Source: a virus (Duplodnaviria > Heunggongvirae > Uroviricota > Caudoviricetes). Taken from it: a stretch of 64,000 bases of DNA. How positions within the stretch are numbered: the stretch's first letter is position 1; each line of letters begins with the position of its first letter. The notes under the pieces were generated by a model, which saw only the letters and a program-made list of their open reading frames with translations, was not told the DNA's origin and made no database searches. Of this stretch, positions 17,913-26,886 are shown in pieces. A program made the position numbers and the translations under genes. The stretch spans positions 92,282 through 156,281 of IMG/VR virus record IMGVR_UViG_2974649431_000001, one strand, 5' to 3'.

Positions 17913-18269
17913 ATGAAGCACTACACACTGACCCTGATCACCCCCGTCCGCCACGACACCATCCCCGACTTCGTCCCCGTCGTGAAGGAACTCCGTAACC
18001 TCACTGGCTGGACACTGGAGAAATCCGTGTACTTCCTCCGGGGCGAACGTGCGCGCGTCGTGACGCACCAATGCGTCAACCTGGCAATCCCGGAGGGTTC
18101 TCGGCTCCGCGACATCATCAGGGTTGAAGAAGGCAGCATCGGTAAAGGCTTCGCTGCACTCAGCCTGTATGAGTTGACCAGATTCTTCGACCGCCTGGAA
18201 CAGGCCGGGTTGAATCACGACATGGGCAAGCATATCGCCCAACTCCAAGAATTCTTCAACCAACCGTAA
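17913..18269 (+). CDS. hypothetical protein (118 aa)
   Basis: Preceded by GTTATAAT and RBS GAGGAG. Confidence 0.5.
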   Translation: MKHYTLTLITPVRHDTIPDFVPVVKELRNLTGWTLEKSVYFLRGERARVVTHQCVNLAIPEGSRLRDIIRVEEGSIGKGFAALSLYELTRFFDRLEQAGLNHDMGKHIAQLQEFFNQP

Positions 18270-18281
18270 AGGCATTTCATC

Positions 18282-18677
18282 ATGAACGCTTTCCACCAAG
18301 ACGGCAGCCGTCCCGCAGCCGACCAGATTTTCGTCTTCGGTTCCAACCTGAGCGGCATTCACGGCGGCGGCGCTGCCCGTGCAGCCTACGACTACTACGG
18401 CGCCGAATGGGGCGTGCGCGGCTCTGTCGGCATGACCGGCCACTGCTACGCGATTCCCACAAAGGCTGAGGGCATCACCCACACGCTGGACCTGGATGAC
18501 ATCCGCGTGTTCATCGATGCCTTCGTGGCGTACACCAAGGCGCACCCCAACCTGAAGTTCTTCGTGACGCGCGTCGGCTGTGGCCTCGCTGGCCTGAAGG
18601 ACGAGGACATCGCACCCATGTTCAAGGGTGCCGTCAACTGCGACTTCGCCGAAGAATGGAAACCCTACCTGGAATGA
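18282..18677 (+). CDS. hypothetical protein with Gly-rich nucleotide-binding-like motif
   Basis: IFVFGSNLSGIHGGGAARAA is reminiscent of SLOG/macro-type GGG loops. Family not recognised with confidence. Confidence 0.45.
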   Translation: MNAFHQDGSRPAADQIFVFGSNLSGIHGGGAARAAYDYYGAEWGVRGSVGMTGHCYAIPTKAEGITHTLDLDDIRVFIDAFVAYTKAHPNLKFFVTRVGCGLAGLKDEDIAPMFKGAVNCDFAEEWKPYLE

Positions 18678-18788
18678 AACCCGCGCTTCTCGCCCTCGCC
18701 GTGCTCGATCTCAAAGAGCCGGCGATCACACGTGACGACCCTGACCGCGCGGTCTCGGTCGTTTTCTTGTCCATACCCATCGCAGCCA

Positions 18789-19073
18789 ATGACGCAAAAG
18801 ATGATTGAAAAGGACCTCCAGGAGCAGTTCATGGAGTACAAGATGACCGGGGCTATTCGACACGACTGGTCATTCGAGAACGTCAACCCCGTAGACGCGA
18901 TCAACATGATCTGGGGCGTCTACAGCGAATGCACGGGTCTGGACATCCGCCTCAGCGACAATGCCGAATGGATGGACTTCATCGTGCAGAAGTGCCAGAT
19001 GATGGCAATGTCGCTGCTTTTCTGCTGCCACGAAGAGATCGTCGCAGCCGTCGCAGCAAGGAGAGCCGCATGA
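18789..19073 (+). CDS. hypothetical protein
   Basis: ORF 18732..19073; start ambiguous (18732, 18789 or 18801). Confidence 0.35.
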   Translation: MTQKMIEKDLQEQFMEYKMTGAIRHDWSFENVNPVDAINMIWGVYSECTGLDIRLSDNAEWMDFIVQKCQMMAMSLLFCCHEEIVAAVAARRAA

Positions 19074-19282
19074 TCAAGCTGAGTGACTGGAACAGCAGAG
19101 GGGTCATCCTCGTCAACATCGATGACATCGTCTCAGTGAAGTCGCCCGCTAGCCCCGGCGGCTACTCTCCTATGGCCTATGTGAAGGTGAGGGGAGAGAC
19201 CCAAGACTTCGCCGTCTGCGAAAACCCTACTGACATCTATGCAGCCATCCACCGTGCCCGCGCCCTTCGAACGGGCGAATGA
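19070..19282 (+). CDS. hypothetical protein (70 aa)
   Basis: RBS AAGGAGAG; ATGA overlap with the upstream stop. Confidence 0.45.
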   Translation: MIKLSDWNSRGVILVNIDDIVSVKSPASPGGYSPMAYVKVRGETQDFAVCENPTDIYAAIHRARALRTGE

Positions 19283-19571
19283 CCCTCCCTGGGCAGACCT
19301 CGCGGGCAACCTGACCTACTCCCTTTACTGGAACTCCGGTGGAGGGCACTTCGTCCTCAGGGCTGCCCTGGACTCCGAGCATCCGGAGTGTCTCTACAAC
19401 TACATCAAGCGCGCCGGCTTCGTCCCCGAAGACTACGGGATCGAGAAGAGCCCGAGCGTGGATGACCAGAAGACCATCGACCTTTGCGCGTCGATGAGCC
19501 GGCAAGATCTCATCCAGGAGATTCTGTCTCTTCGCCGCCAGATCCAACTCATGGAGGAAGCAGGACTGTGA
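19239..19571 (+). CDS. hypothetical protein (110 aa)
   Basis: ORF; overlaps the upstream gene by 44 nt. Confidence 0.35.
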   Translation: MQPSTVPAPFERANDPPWADLAGNLTYSLYWNSGGGHFVLRAALDSEHPECLYNYIKRAGFVPEDYGIEKSPSVDDQKTIDLCASMSRQDLIQEILSLRRQIQLMEEAGL

Positions 19572-19939
19572 CCACGATACGAGAACTCGCCGCATGGGCG
19601 TCCGCAGTGGACAGCCTCGCGGCCAAGTCACTGAAGAAGGTCGAAGCCAAGATCGAGGAGACCGGCGAGAAGCTGGACCGCCTGGAACATGAGCGCCGCG
19701 AGCTCATCCGCACTGCGAAAGTCGTGCGCTGTGAAGCATGCGGGGCCGATCATTCCCTGTCGGAACTCGACGCGGTCTACCGCTACGGGTGGAGCAACGA
19801 GGCCTACAACGAGCACAGCTACCTGAGCTCCATCGAGTTCAATCTCCCCTGTTGCGGCGCTCCCTTCCGCTTCAGGGAGCCCAAGAAGTTAGAATTCTAT
19901 GCGCCGCTCTTCAAGTCGGCGTCCACCGCGGGGTACTAA
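19568..19939 (+). CDS. hypothetical Cys-containing protein (123 aa)
   Basis: GTG start overlapping the upstream TGA with RBS GGAGGAAG. CEACG...PCCG. Confidence 0.45.
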   Translation: MTTIRELAAWASAVDSLAAKSLKKVEAKIEETGEKLDRLEHERRELIRTAKVVRCEACGADHSLSELDAVYRYGWSNEAYNEHSYLSSIEFNLPCCGAPFRFREPKKLEFYAPLFKSASTAGY

Positions 19940-19969
19940 GTACCCACATCACAAAGTAGGAGTTACGAA

Positions 19970-20977
19970 GTGAGTCAAAAAGTAGGTTTCGTCATCATGC
20001 GCGCACAGCCCTTTCACGCAGGGCACGCGCACCTCGTGAAGACCGCAAGGTCGAAGTGTGACCGTCTGGTCATCATCTTGGGCAGCGCCAATCGGCCGCA
20101 GAGTGCCCGCAATCCCTGGACGTACGAAGAGCGCCGTAAGATGATCCATCTCTGGGTTGACGCCCAGGGCCTGAGCAACATCGAGTTCGCCCCGCTGAAC
20201 GATCACAGGTACAGCGATGTCACATGGCGCCAGGAAGTCCAGACGGTATTCGACGAGCTGTCATTTCCCAGCGACATACTCATCCTCTTCGGCCACAGCA
20301 AGGAGGGCAACGATTACCTAGAATGGTTCCCGGAAGTGAACTATGTCGAGGTGGCCGCTGAGCCTGGAATGGAAACGCTGTGCGCGACTGACCTGCGGCG
20401 TCAAATGTGGGACCAGGGGTGCCTGCCATCCGAAGCAGCCGCAGACATGCAGTATTTCGAGGACGAGCGTGCGAGGTTCTCCGACTACCCCTACCCCGAA
20501 ACCCTGAACTTCAACTGCGCCGACGCCATCGTCGAATGCGATGGCCACGTCGCGCTCATCCATCGCGGTGGTTCGCCGGGCAAGGGGAATTGGGCGCTTC
20601 CCGGCGGCTTCAAGAACCGCAACGAGACATTCCTGGACTGCGCCATCCGAGAGCTGCGCGAGGAAGTGAACATCCGGGTACCCGAAAAGGTGCTGCGCGG
20701 CTCCATCGTCAGCACCAAGCTGTTCGACTCCCCCGATCGGGGCGAGGGCATTCCCCGCAACACCCTGGCCGTCCACATCCGCATCACCCGTGATGCCAAC
20801 GGCGACCTCCCCCGCATTTCTCCCGGCGACGACGCCATGAAGGCCACCTGGGTGAGCATATACTCGGCCATGAATGAACTGGCGATGCACGACGATCACC
20901 AGGACATCCTTTCCGTCATGTTGGGCACCTCCCCCGTGCCTGCAATCTTCAACCCCCGTTTCCAACCCAAGCGTTAA
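19970..20977 (+). CDS. natV: bifunctional NMN adenylyltransferase / Nudix hydrolase (NadM-Nudix type)
   Basis: N-terminal cytidylyltransferase HxGH motif (FHAGHAHLV). C-terminal Nudix box GNWALPGGFKNRNETFLDCAIRELREEVNI. GTG start with RBS AAGTAGGAG. Confidence 0.85.
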   Translation: MSQKVGFVIMRAQPFHAGHAHLVKTARSKCDRLVIILGSANRPQSARNPWTYEERRKMIHLWVDAQGLSNIEFAPLNDHRYSDVTWRQEVQTVFDELSFPSDILILFGHSKEGNDYLEWFPEVNYVEVAAEPGMETLCATDLRRQMWDQGCLPSEAAADMQYFEDERARFSDYPYPETLNFNCADAIVECDGHVALIHRGGSPGKGNWALPGGFKNRNETFLDCAIRELREEVNIRVPEKVLRGSIVSTKLFDSPDRGEGIPRNTLAVHIRITRDANGDLPRISPGDDAMKATWVSIYSAMNELAMHDDHQDILSVMLGTSPVPAIFNPRFQPKR

Positions 20978-20990
20978 GAAGGAGCTTCTC

Positions 20991-22382
20991 ATGAACGCAG
21001 ATATCATGTCTTCCATTCTCTTCAACACGGACAGCTACAAGGTGTCCATGTGGAAGCAGTACCCCGCGAACACCGAGTTCGTCTACAGCTACATCGAAGC
21101 GCGCGGCGGCCCCGTCGATCACACCATCTGGTTCGGTCTCCAGGCATTCATCAACCAGTACCTGCGGCGTCCGATCACGCAGTCGGAAATCGACCTCGCG
21201 GACAAGTTCTGGACGGCGCACGGCGAGCCCTTCAACCGCGAAGGCTGGGAGCACATCCTCCGCGTCCACCGCGGCTACCTGCCGATCCGCATCAAGCAGA
21301 TCCCCGAAGGCGAACGCGTCCCCGTGAAGCACGTACTCGCGACCATCGAGAACACCGATCCCAAGGTGCCATGGCTGACCACCTGGGTGGAGACCGCTGC
21401 GCTGCGCGCCGCCTGGTACGGCACCAACGTAGCAACGATCAGCTTCGAGATCAAGCGGATCATCAAGGACTACCTGGAGCGCAGCGGCACGCCTGAAGAA
21501 CTGGGCTTCAAGCTGCATGACTTCGGCGCTCGCGGCGCCAACAGTCTGGAAAGCTCCGGCATCGGCGGCGCCGCTCACCTCGTGAACTTCATGGGGACGG
21601 ACAACGTTTCCGGCATCATCCACGCAGCCCAGCACTACGGCGCCGACCTGTTCACCACGGGCTTCAGCATCCCGGCAGCAGAGCACAGCACGATCACCAG
21701 CTGGGGTCGCGAGCACGAGAAGGACGCCTACGCGAACATGCTGGAACAGTTCTCCGGACCCGGAAAGATCTTCGCCTGTGTGAGCGACAGCTACAACATC
21801 TACGAGGCTGTTGACATGTGGGGCGCCATGCGGGATCGGATCGTGGAACTCGGCGGCACGCTCGTCGTCCGCCCGGACAGCGGCGACCCCGTCCAAGTGC
21901 TGCGCCGGCTCATGGCCATGCTGGACCGCTACTTCGGCCACACGCAGAACGAGAAGGGCTACAAGGTTCTGAACAACGTGCGCGTCATCTGGGGCGACGG
22001 CATCAACCAGGCCAGCATCAGGTCGATCTACGGCTGGCTCGTGGACGTGGAAGGCTGGTCCGCTGACAACTTCGCGTTCGGCATGGGAGGCGCGCTGCTG
22101 CAACAGCATGACCGGGACACGTTCAAGTTCGCCATGAAGGCGAGCGCAGCGTTCATCGACGGCAAGTGGGTGGAGGTCTTCAAGGACCCCGTTACCGACA
22201 GCGGAAAGGCCAGCAAGCGTGGTCGCGTGACGACCGTGCTGGGCGTCGATGGCTACCGCAACGCCGTGCAGGACTGGGAGCCGGAGGCACTGCAAACCGT
22301 CTACGAAGACGGCATGCTCATCGGTCTCCAGAACTTCAAGAACGTTCGCATTCGTGCTGAGAAGGCGCTCAACGCCGCATAG
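20991..22382 (+). CDS. nadV: nicotinamide phosphoribosyltransferase (Nampt)
   Basis: Full-length similarity to Nampt/NadV (SYKVSMWKQYP, HDFGARG, VSDSYN, VVRPDSGDP). RBS AAGAAGGAG. Confidence 0.9.
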   Translation: MNADIMSSILFNTDSYKVSMWKQYPANTEFVYSYIEARGGPVDHTIWFGLQAFINQYLRRPITQSEIDLADKFWTAHGEPFNREGWEHILRVHRGYLPIRIKQIPEGERVPVKHVLATIENTDPKVPWLTTWVETAALRAAWYGTNVATISFEIKRIIKDYLERSGTPEELGFKLHDFGARGANSLESSGIGGAAHLVNFMGTDNVSGIIHAAQHYGADLFTTGFSIPAAEHSTITSWGREHEKDAYANMLEQFSGPGKIFACVSDSYNIYEAVDMWGAMRDRIVELGGTLVVRPDSGDPVQVLRRLMAMLDRYFGHTQNEKGYKVLNNVRVIWGDGINQASIRSIYGWLVDVEGWSADNFAFGMGGALLQQHDRDTFKFAMKASAAFIDGKWVEVFKDPVTDSGKASKRGRVTTVLGVDGYRNAVQDWEPEALQTVYEDGMLIGLQNFKNVRIRAEKALNAA

Positions 22383-22423
22383 ATGTTGGTAGTTCGGCGT
22401 TTCGGACTACATCTATAACTAAG

Positions 22424-22446
22424 AACCCGCTACGGCGGGTTCAGTT
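22424..22446 (+). terminator. hairpin after nadV (possible terminator)
   Basis: Perfect 8-bp stem GAACCCGC-tac-GCGGGTTC followed by AGTTCTAT. Confidence 0.4.
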
Positions 22447-22481
22447 CTATAAGTACAGCATCAAACGAATTGAGGCTGGAC

Positions 22482-23030
22482 ATGACAGAAGAGAAGAACT
22501 ACGTCACTCTGCTCACGGAGCGAGCAGGCACGATGGGAGCGATCAAAGCCCGTGACGTCCAAAAGATGCTGGCAAAATGCGGGGCTGGAGAGAACTCGCA
22601 GGCGACCTCCAAGACGGTGCAGATCAACGGGAACGCCGACTATACGAAGGCCGCCAACCCTGCTGCACTCGCGAAGCTCACGAATGACAGCGTTGCCGGT
22701 GTCGTCGTGTTCTGGAATGAAGAAGAGGTGATGGCGCGCACCTGTGATGGCGTCACGTGGAGCGTACACAGCTCTCCCATCGAGTTCCCGGGCTTCCTGA
22801 CCACCATGGTCATCCACAAGGACGTCACCCGGAAGGAAATCTCCAGTTTCCGTGACATGGCTGCTACGGCACCTGTCCGCAAGATCATCGTGAACGCAAT
22901 CCGCACCATCCGTGCGAACACCGACAAGATCGAATCGCAGATCAACGCAGGCGACCTGAGCCAACTGCAGACGCTGTGCGCTGCTCTCCGAGACAGCGTC
23001 AGTGCCATCGAAGCTGCTGCTAAGAAGTGA
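22482..23030 (+). CDS. hypothetical protein (182 aa)
   Basis: ORF; ATG at 22482 after GAGG. Confidence 0.5.
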   Translation: MTEEKNYVTLLTERAGTMGAIKARDVQKMLAKCGAGENSQATSKTVQINGNADYTKAANPAALAKLTNDSVAGVVVFWNEEEVMARTCDGVTWSVHSSPIEFPGFLTTMVIHKDVTRKEISSFRDMAATAPVRKIIVNAIRTIRANTDKIESQINAGDLSQLQTLCAALRDSVSAIEAAAKK

Positions 23031-23032
23031 AT

Positions 23033-23620
23033 ATGCACATCCCCAACGAAGACAACGGTATGGGGAAGCGTCGTCATGCGATGCCCCAGATCAAGGACTT
23101 TGACGCCTTCATGAAGGACCTGGAGGCCAACGACATTGCTGTCGTGACCATCAGCGTGGATCCTGAGGAGCTGAAGCCCACCCAGGGCAACTTCAATGAA
23201 GCCAAGGTCAAAGCCATGCTCGCCGACAAGAGCTGGTCAAAGAACCCCATTGTCTCCAGCGACGACGATTTCGTCCTGGATGGTCATCACCGTTGGTTGG
23301 CCGCTGCCAACGCGAAACAGTTCATCAAGAGCCGCGTAGTCGACCTTCCCATCGACGAGCTCCTGGACTTCGTGAAGGGCAAGCCCTACGTGGAGACCAA
23401 GGCGCTGCACGAGGACATGCGGGACAATCTCAGCCGGATCCAAGACTACTACGCGCGCATCGGTCGCGGCGAAGGTGGCGAGAGCCTCGTGAAGATGCTC
23501 ACCCAAGTGAACTCCGTGCGAGAAGCTGTCCAATCCAACCACCCTGACGTGAAAAAGAATCGAGCAGTCATTATGAGAAAACTCCAGGAAGTCATGAGCC
23601 TTTGCGGGGTGCCAGCGTGA
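23033..23620 (+). CDS. ParB/Srx-like nuclease domain protein
   Basis: LKPTQ and DGHHR motifs of the ParB N-terminal / sulfiredoxin-like fold. Confidence 0.45.
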   Translation: MHIPNEDNGMGKRRHAMPQIKDFDAFMKDLEANDIAVVTISVDPEELKPTQGNFNEAKVKAMLADKSWSKNPIVSSDDDFVLDGHHRWLAAANAKQFIKSRVVDLPIDELLDFVKGKPYVETKALHEDMRDNLSRIQDYYARIGRGEGGESLVKMLTQVNSVREAVQSNHPDVKKNRAVIMRKLQEVMSLCGVPA

Positions 23621-25143
23621 GCGTTTGGTTCGGCAATGGCCGCCTCGCGGGCGTCACGAAAGTCGACGGCGCAGCGACTGGCGGTGTCACCGTTGAGGTC
23701 TTCCACAAGGCTAGCGGAGTGCGCGTAGCGTCCGTGGTTAGCAACACACCCACCGGCCAGTTTGAAGTCTTGGGGCTCAACCCAGCAGAGACATTCGACT
23801 TGGTGAGCAAAGCGCCAGGAAAAACTGCTGCGGTCAGTGACCTTCGGGAACCCGTCGCCTACCTCGATCCCTTGCAGGAGTTCGTGGTCGCGCAAGTCCA
23901 GTTCGTCCCCGGTTATGGGCACATGGAAATCGGAGGCGCTGTGCGCGTCGGTGAGGCTACCACTACTGCCAAGGGGCTGTTCCACCGGGTAGACGACGGC
24001 GGACCATTCCCGGGTGTCGGAGCAATGCTCAGGGCGAACAGGACAACAGGCGACTACACCCACAACTGGATCGAAGGGCCAGGCGTTGCATGCGGTACCG
24101 CGGACTTCTGCGCTGAGACCTACGTGCGACTCCACAATGGCGGCGCCACCCCGTTGAACGACGTCTACCCTCGAATTTTCCAGTTCGGTTCTACTCAAGG
24201 AACGCGAGGATGGGTGTTGGCGCTCAACATGGACAAGCGAGCGCCCAACATGATCCTGGAAACCACCCAGAATGGTTCCTACATGGGCGGCCTCATCGCA
24301 TCGCTGGGCCAAATCCCAAACAACCGCTGGGTGCATGTCGCCGTGACGCGTCAAGGGACGACGTGGAGAGTCTTCGTGGACGGCGCTCTCCGAGGATCAG
24401 CCGACTATGCGTTCGATTATGCGAACACTTCCTTCTACAACAACCGCATTGGGCTGGGGTGCAACGCGAACAGCAGCGCATCAAACGAGACAGCAAACGC
24501 CGACTTTGCGATGTTTCGCTACACCGTCGGCAATGCTCGCTACACCTCCGCGTTCACGCCACCCACACCCTATGCGATGCCGGAACGCGTCTACTCCAAG
24601 TGGAGTGGCGACAATGACAGCAACTATGCAGACGTCGGCGAGCCCGTTACGGTAGCCATCGTCAATCCCTCGATCGCTCGGGGTGGATTTGAGCAGTGGG
24701 TGCGCGCCGATCAACCCAAGTCCTCGGGCAAGTGGTACTGGGAAGTGAAGGTGCTCGAATCGACTTCGAAGAGCCTGTTCTTGGGCGTCTGCGATGCCGA
24801 CCAAGGCACGCGCGCATCGCTGGGATACCTAGCCTGGGTTTACGTCGCAAGCGGAAGTTCCTACAATGGGCCTTTGTCACAGCAGAGCACGTATGGCGCG
24901 GCCTATGACAACAACGACGTCATAGGGTTTGCGCTTGACATTGACGCAGGAACGCTGGAGTGTTTCAAGAACGGGGTCAGCCAGGGCATCATGGCGTCCA
25001 ATATCACGGGCACAGTCACGCCGATGTTCGCAGGGATGACTTTCAACTATTCCTTCTCAGCAGTCCAAGCCAACTTCGGAGAGACGCCCTTTGCGTACAG
25101 CCCTCCGTCGGGTTTCAACTCTGGGTGGTACCGCGAACTTTGA
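23617..25143 (+). CDS. ConA-like lectin (LamG) + SPRY domain protein
   Basis: WVHVAVTRQGTTWRVFVDGAL (LamG-like). GKWYWEVKV...LGVC...GYLAWVYVASG...DVIGFALDIDAGTLECFKNG (SPRY core). GTG start overlaps the upstream TGA. Confidence 0.6.
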   Translation: MSVWFGNGRLAGVTKVDGAATGGVTVEVFHKASGVRVASVVSNTPTGQFEVLGLNPAETFDLVSKAPGKTAAVSDLREPVAYLDPLQEFVVAQVQFVPGYGHMEIGGAVRVGEATTTAKGLFHRVDDGGPFPGVGAMLRANRTTGDYTHNWIEGPGVACGTADFCAETYVRLHNGGATPLNDVYPRIFQFGSTQGTRGWVLALNMDKRAPNMILETTQNGSYMGGLIASLGQIPNNRWVHVAVTRQGTTWRVFVDGALRGSADYAFDYANTSFYNNRIGLGCNANSSASNETANADFAMFRYTVGNARYTSAFTPPTPYAMPERVYSKWSGDNDSNYADVGEPVTVAIVNPSIARGGFEQWVRADQPKSSGKWYWEVKVLESTSKSLFLGVCDADQGTRASLGYLAWVYVASGSSYNGPLSQQSTYGAAYDNNDVIGFALDIDAGTLECFKNGVSQGIMASNITGTVTPMFAGMTFNYSFSAVQANFGETPFAYSPPSGFNSGWYREL

Positions 25144-25177
25144 TGCTACAATAAACACTTCCAAACAGGAGTTCATC

Positions 25178-25441
25178 ATGAGCAAGACACACTTCATCGT
25201 CCACAACGCCGAAATCTACGCGGTTCCCGATAGCTTTGTTCTCGTTACCGATGAGAACGTGTTCTTCGGCATGCTGCTGGAGGTCTGCGTGTCGCCTTCC
25301 TCCCGCTTCGACGACTACATGGGCGCCATGCAGCTTCTCTCCCGCATCCTGAAGGGGCAGAAGATGCTCGTCGACTCCCAGGTCGCCCAGCTCATGGGGA
25401 GCGTCACGGATGTTTCTTTTCGAGAAATTCCTCAAGTTTAG
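25178..25441 (+). CDS. hypothetical protein (87 aa)
   Basis: TGCTACAAT box at 25143 and RBS CAGGAG before ATG 25178. Confidence 0.45.
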   Translation: MSKTHFIVHNAEIYAVPDSFVLVTDENVFFGMLLEVCVSPSSRFDDYMGAMQLLSRILKGQKMLVDSQVAQLMGSVTDVSFREIPQV

Positions 25442-25775
25442 CACGCGCGTCATCCAGGCTGGAAGCAAGCCTGGTGTTCAACTCCGTCAGGATGAACAGC
25501 CGATTGTTCATCCCCTCAACCTCGCCAGCGAGAACGCGAAGACGTTCCTCCAGAGCGAGGTTTTTTGTTTGCAGCGCCTCCGCTTGCGCCGCATAGTGAT
25601 CGCGCTGCTGGATGGCGGCGTTCTTCTCCCCGATGACGTGACCCAAAATGTTCTCCCTCTCGCGCTTCTCTGAGCGACTCCCTGCCCACTTGGAAACGCG
25701 GTCCCAAGCAAGGGCGATGCCTGCCGCAATGGTCAGGACACCAGCGATCATCTCTTCAATCGGGGGCAGGATCAT
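25404..25775 (-). CDS. membrane-anchored coiled-coil protein (minus strand)
   Basis: N-terminal TM IAGVLTIAAGIALAW followed by a heptad-rich, Ala/Glu/Leu-rich region. Spanin- or anchor-like architecture. Inference. Confidence 0.4.
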   Translation of the reverse strand: MILPPIEEMIAGVLTIAAGIALAWDRVSKWAGSRSEKRERENILGHVIGEKNAAIQQRDHYAAQAEALQTKNLALEERLRVLAGEVEGMNNRLFILTELNTRLASSLDDARAKLEEFLEKKHP

Positions 25776-25776
25776 T

Positions 25777-26025
25777 TCATTCCTTCAGGAAGTACAGTCC
25801 GATTCGCTTTCGCCAGGATGGCTTTCCGATCTTCCTGTGGTGGGCTGCATGCTCTTCAACAAGACCGTCGGGCATGGCGGTGGCGATGAACTCGTCGAAG
25901 CGAATGCTCAGATCTGACATTTCTGCCTGAACTTCGCCGAGCTCTACCCTAAAGTCGTTTACACTCTTGTTGAGCGTTTGGAGCAGCAGCAAGATTTCGT
26001 TCAGCAGTGATTCGGAATGTTGCAT
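25777..26025 (-). CDS. hypothetical protein (82 aa, minus strand)
   Basis: ATG at 26025 (minus); stop 2 nt before the downstream minus gene. Shares an AT-rich divergent promoter region with the gene at 26074. Confidence 0.35.
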   Translation of the reverse strand: MQHSESLLNEILLLLQTLNKSVNDFRVELGEVQAEMSDLSIRFDEFIATAMPDGLVEEHAAHHRKIGKPSWRKRIGLYFLKE

Positions 26026-26073
26026 TCTGTTATAATCGTTTTGTTTTTCGTCTTTTCTATTTATGGAGCAAAC

Positions 26074-26340
26074 ATGACCCGTCAATCCAAGAACACCAAG
26101 CTGAAGGCACTGGCTGCCCAGTTCTCCGCAGTCCGCAAGGCTGGTGGCCGCACGAACGCTCCCGGCGCCAAGCACGAGAAGGACTGGGACAAGCGGATCT
26201 GCAACCCGCGCCATCCGCTGTTCGCGAAGCGCGCTGAAGTGCTGAACGGCACCAACAAGGGCCCGCGGGGTAACAACCCCAACCGTGGCACCGCCGGTGG
26301 TCGTGCAGTGCTCGCCGGTGCAGGGGGTGCTGCCAAGTAA
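26074..26340 (+). CDS. small highly basic Gly-rich protein (88 aa)
   Basis: Lys/Arg/Gly-rich throughout; preceded by GTTATAAT and RBS TGGAG. Confidence 0.45.
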   Translation: MTRQSKNTKLKALAAQFSAVRKAGGRTNAPGAKHEKDWDKRICNPRHPLFAKRAEVLNGTNKGPRGNNPNRGTAGGRAVLAGAGGAAK

Positions 26341-26376
26341 AGGCACTTCCGGGAACATCCAGAACCACAGTTTTCA

Positions 26377-26447
26377 CCCTGAGGCGCGCCCGGCCACGCG
26401 GGCTACGAGTCAGAGACGCAGATTCGGACACACGCCTCAGGGCTTTT
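26377..26447 (+). ncRNA. structured RNA element or long-stem terminator
   Basis: 10-nt perfect inverted repeat CCCTGAGGCG (26377-86) / CGCCTCAGGG (26432-41) encloses nested hairpin GCCCG-gccacg-CGGGC. Followed by CTTTTCT. Confidence 0.35.
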
Positions 26448-26457
26448 CTACGACAAT

Positions 26458-26886
26458 ATGAGCACCACCGAGAACGAACAGAAACCCGTGACGGAAGTCG
26501 ACTTCCGTCGCCCCGAGTACCAATTCGCCAGGGTTGAGGACTACGAGCGCACGCGCGACGGCGGCATCGCCCGCAAGGACCGCTGGTACACAGCATTCAC
26601 CGACCTGGCACGAGCAGCACGCATCGGCATCCCGGCGATCGACGGGCTTCCCAACGCAGCATTCTCTCTGCTGAAGGATGAGATCCTGGCGGCCAAGCCG
26701 GCGCCCACGCTCCTGCCGCCGGTGACGATGACTTCCTCGTTGCCCGCTCCTGCTAAGCGGCCGCCGACTGCCGCTGAAGTCCACGCACTCTGGAACAAGC
26801 TGGTGGAGCAGCACAACGCCGGTTTCAAGTCGGTCCTCCCCATCAAGGAGTTCGCAGACGCCCTCTGGAAGGAGTTCCAGAAATGA
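26458..26886 (+). CDS. hypothetical protein (142 aa)
   Basis: ORF. Confidence 0.5.
   Translation: MSTTENEQKPVTEVDFRRPEYQFARVEDYERTRDGGIARKDRWYTAFTDLARAARIGIPAIDGLPNAAFSLLKDEILAAKPAPTLLPPVTMTSSLPAPAKRPPTAAEVHALWNKLVEQHNAGFKSVLPIKEFADALWKEFQK

Noticed and set aside
18674-18808. 44-codon ORF (MKPALLALAVLDL...) overlapping the start region of 18789..19073.
   Set aside because: It is below the size threshold, has no RBS and has an ambiguous frame relative to neighbours. It cannot be supported from sequence alone.
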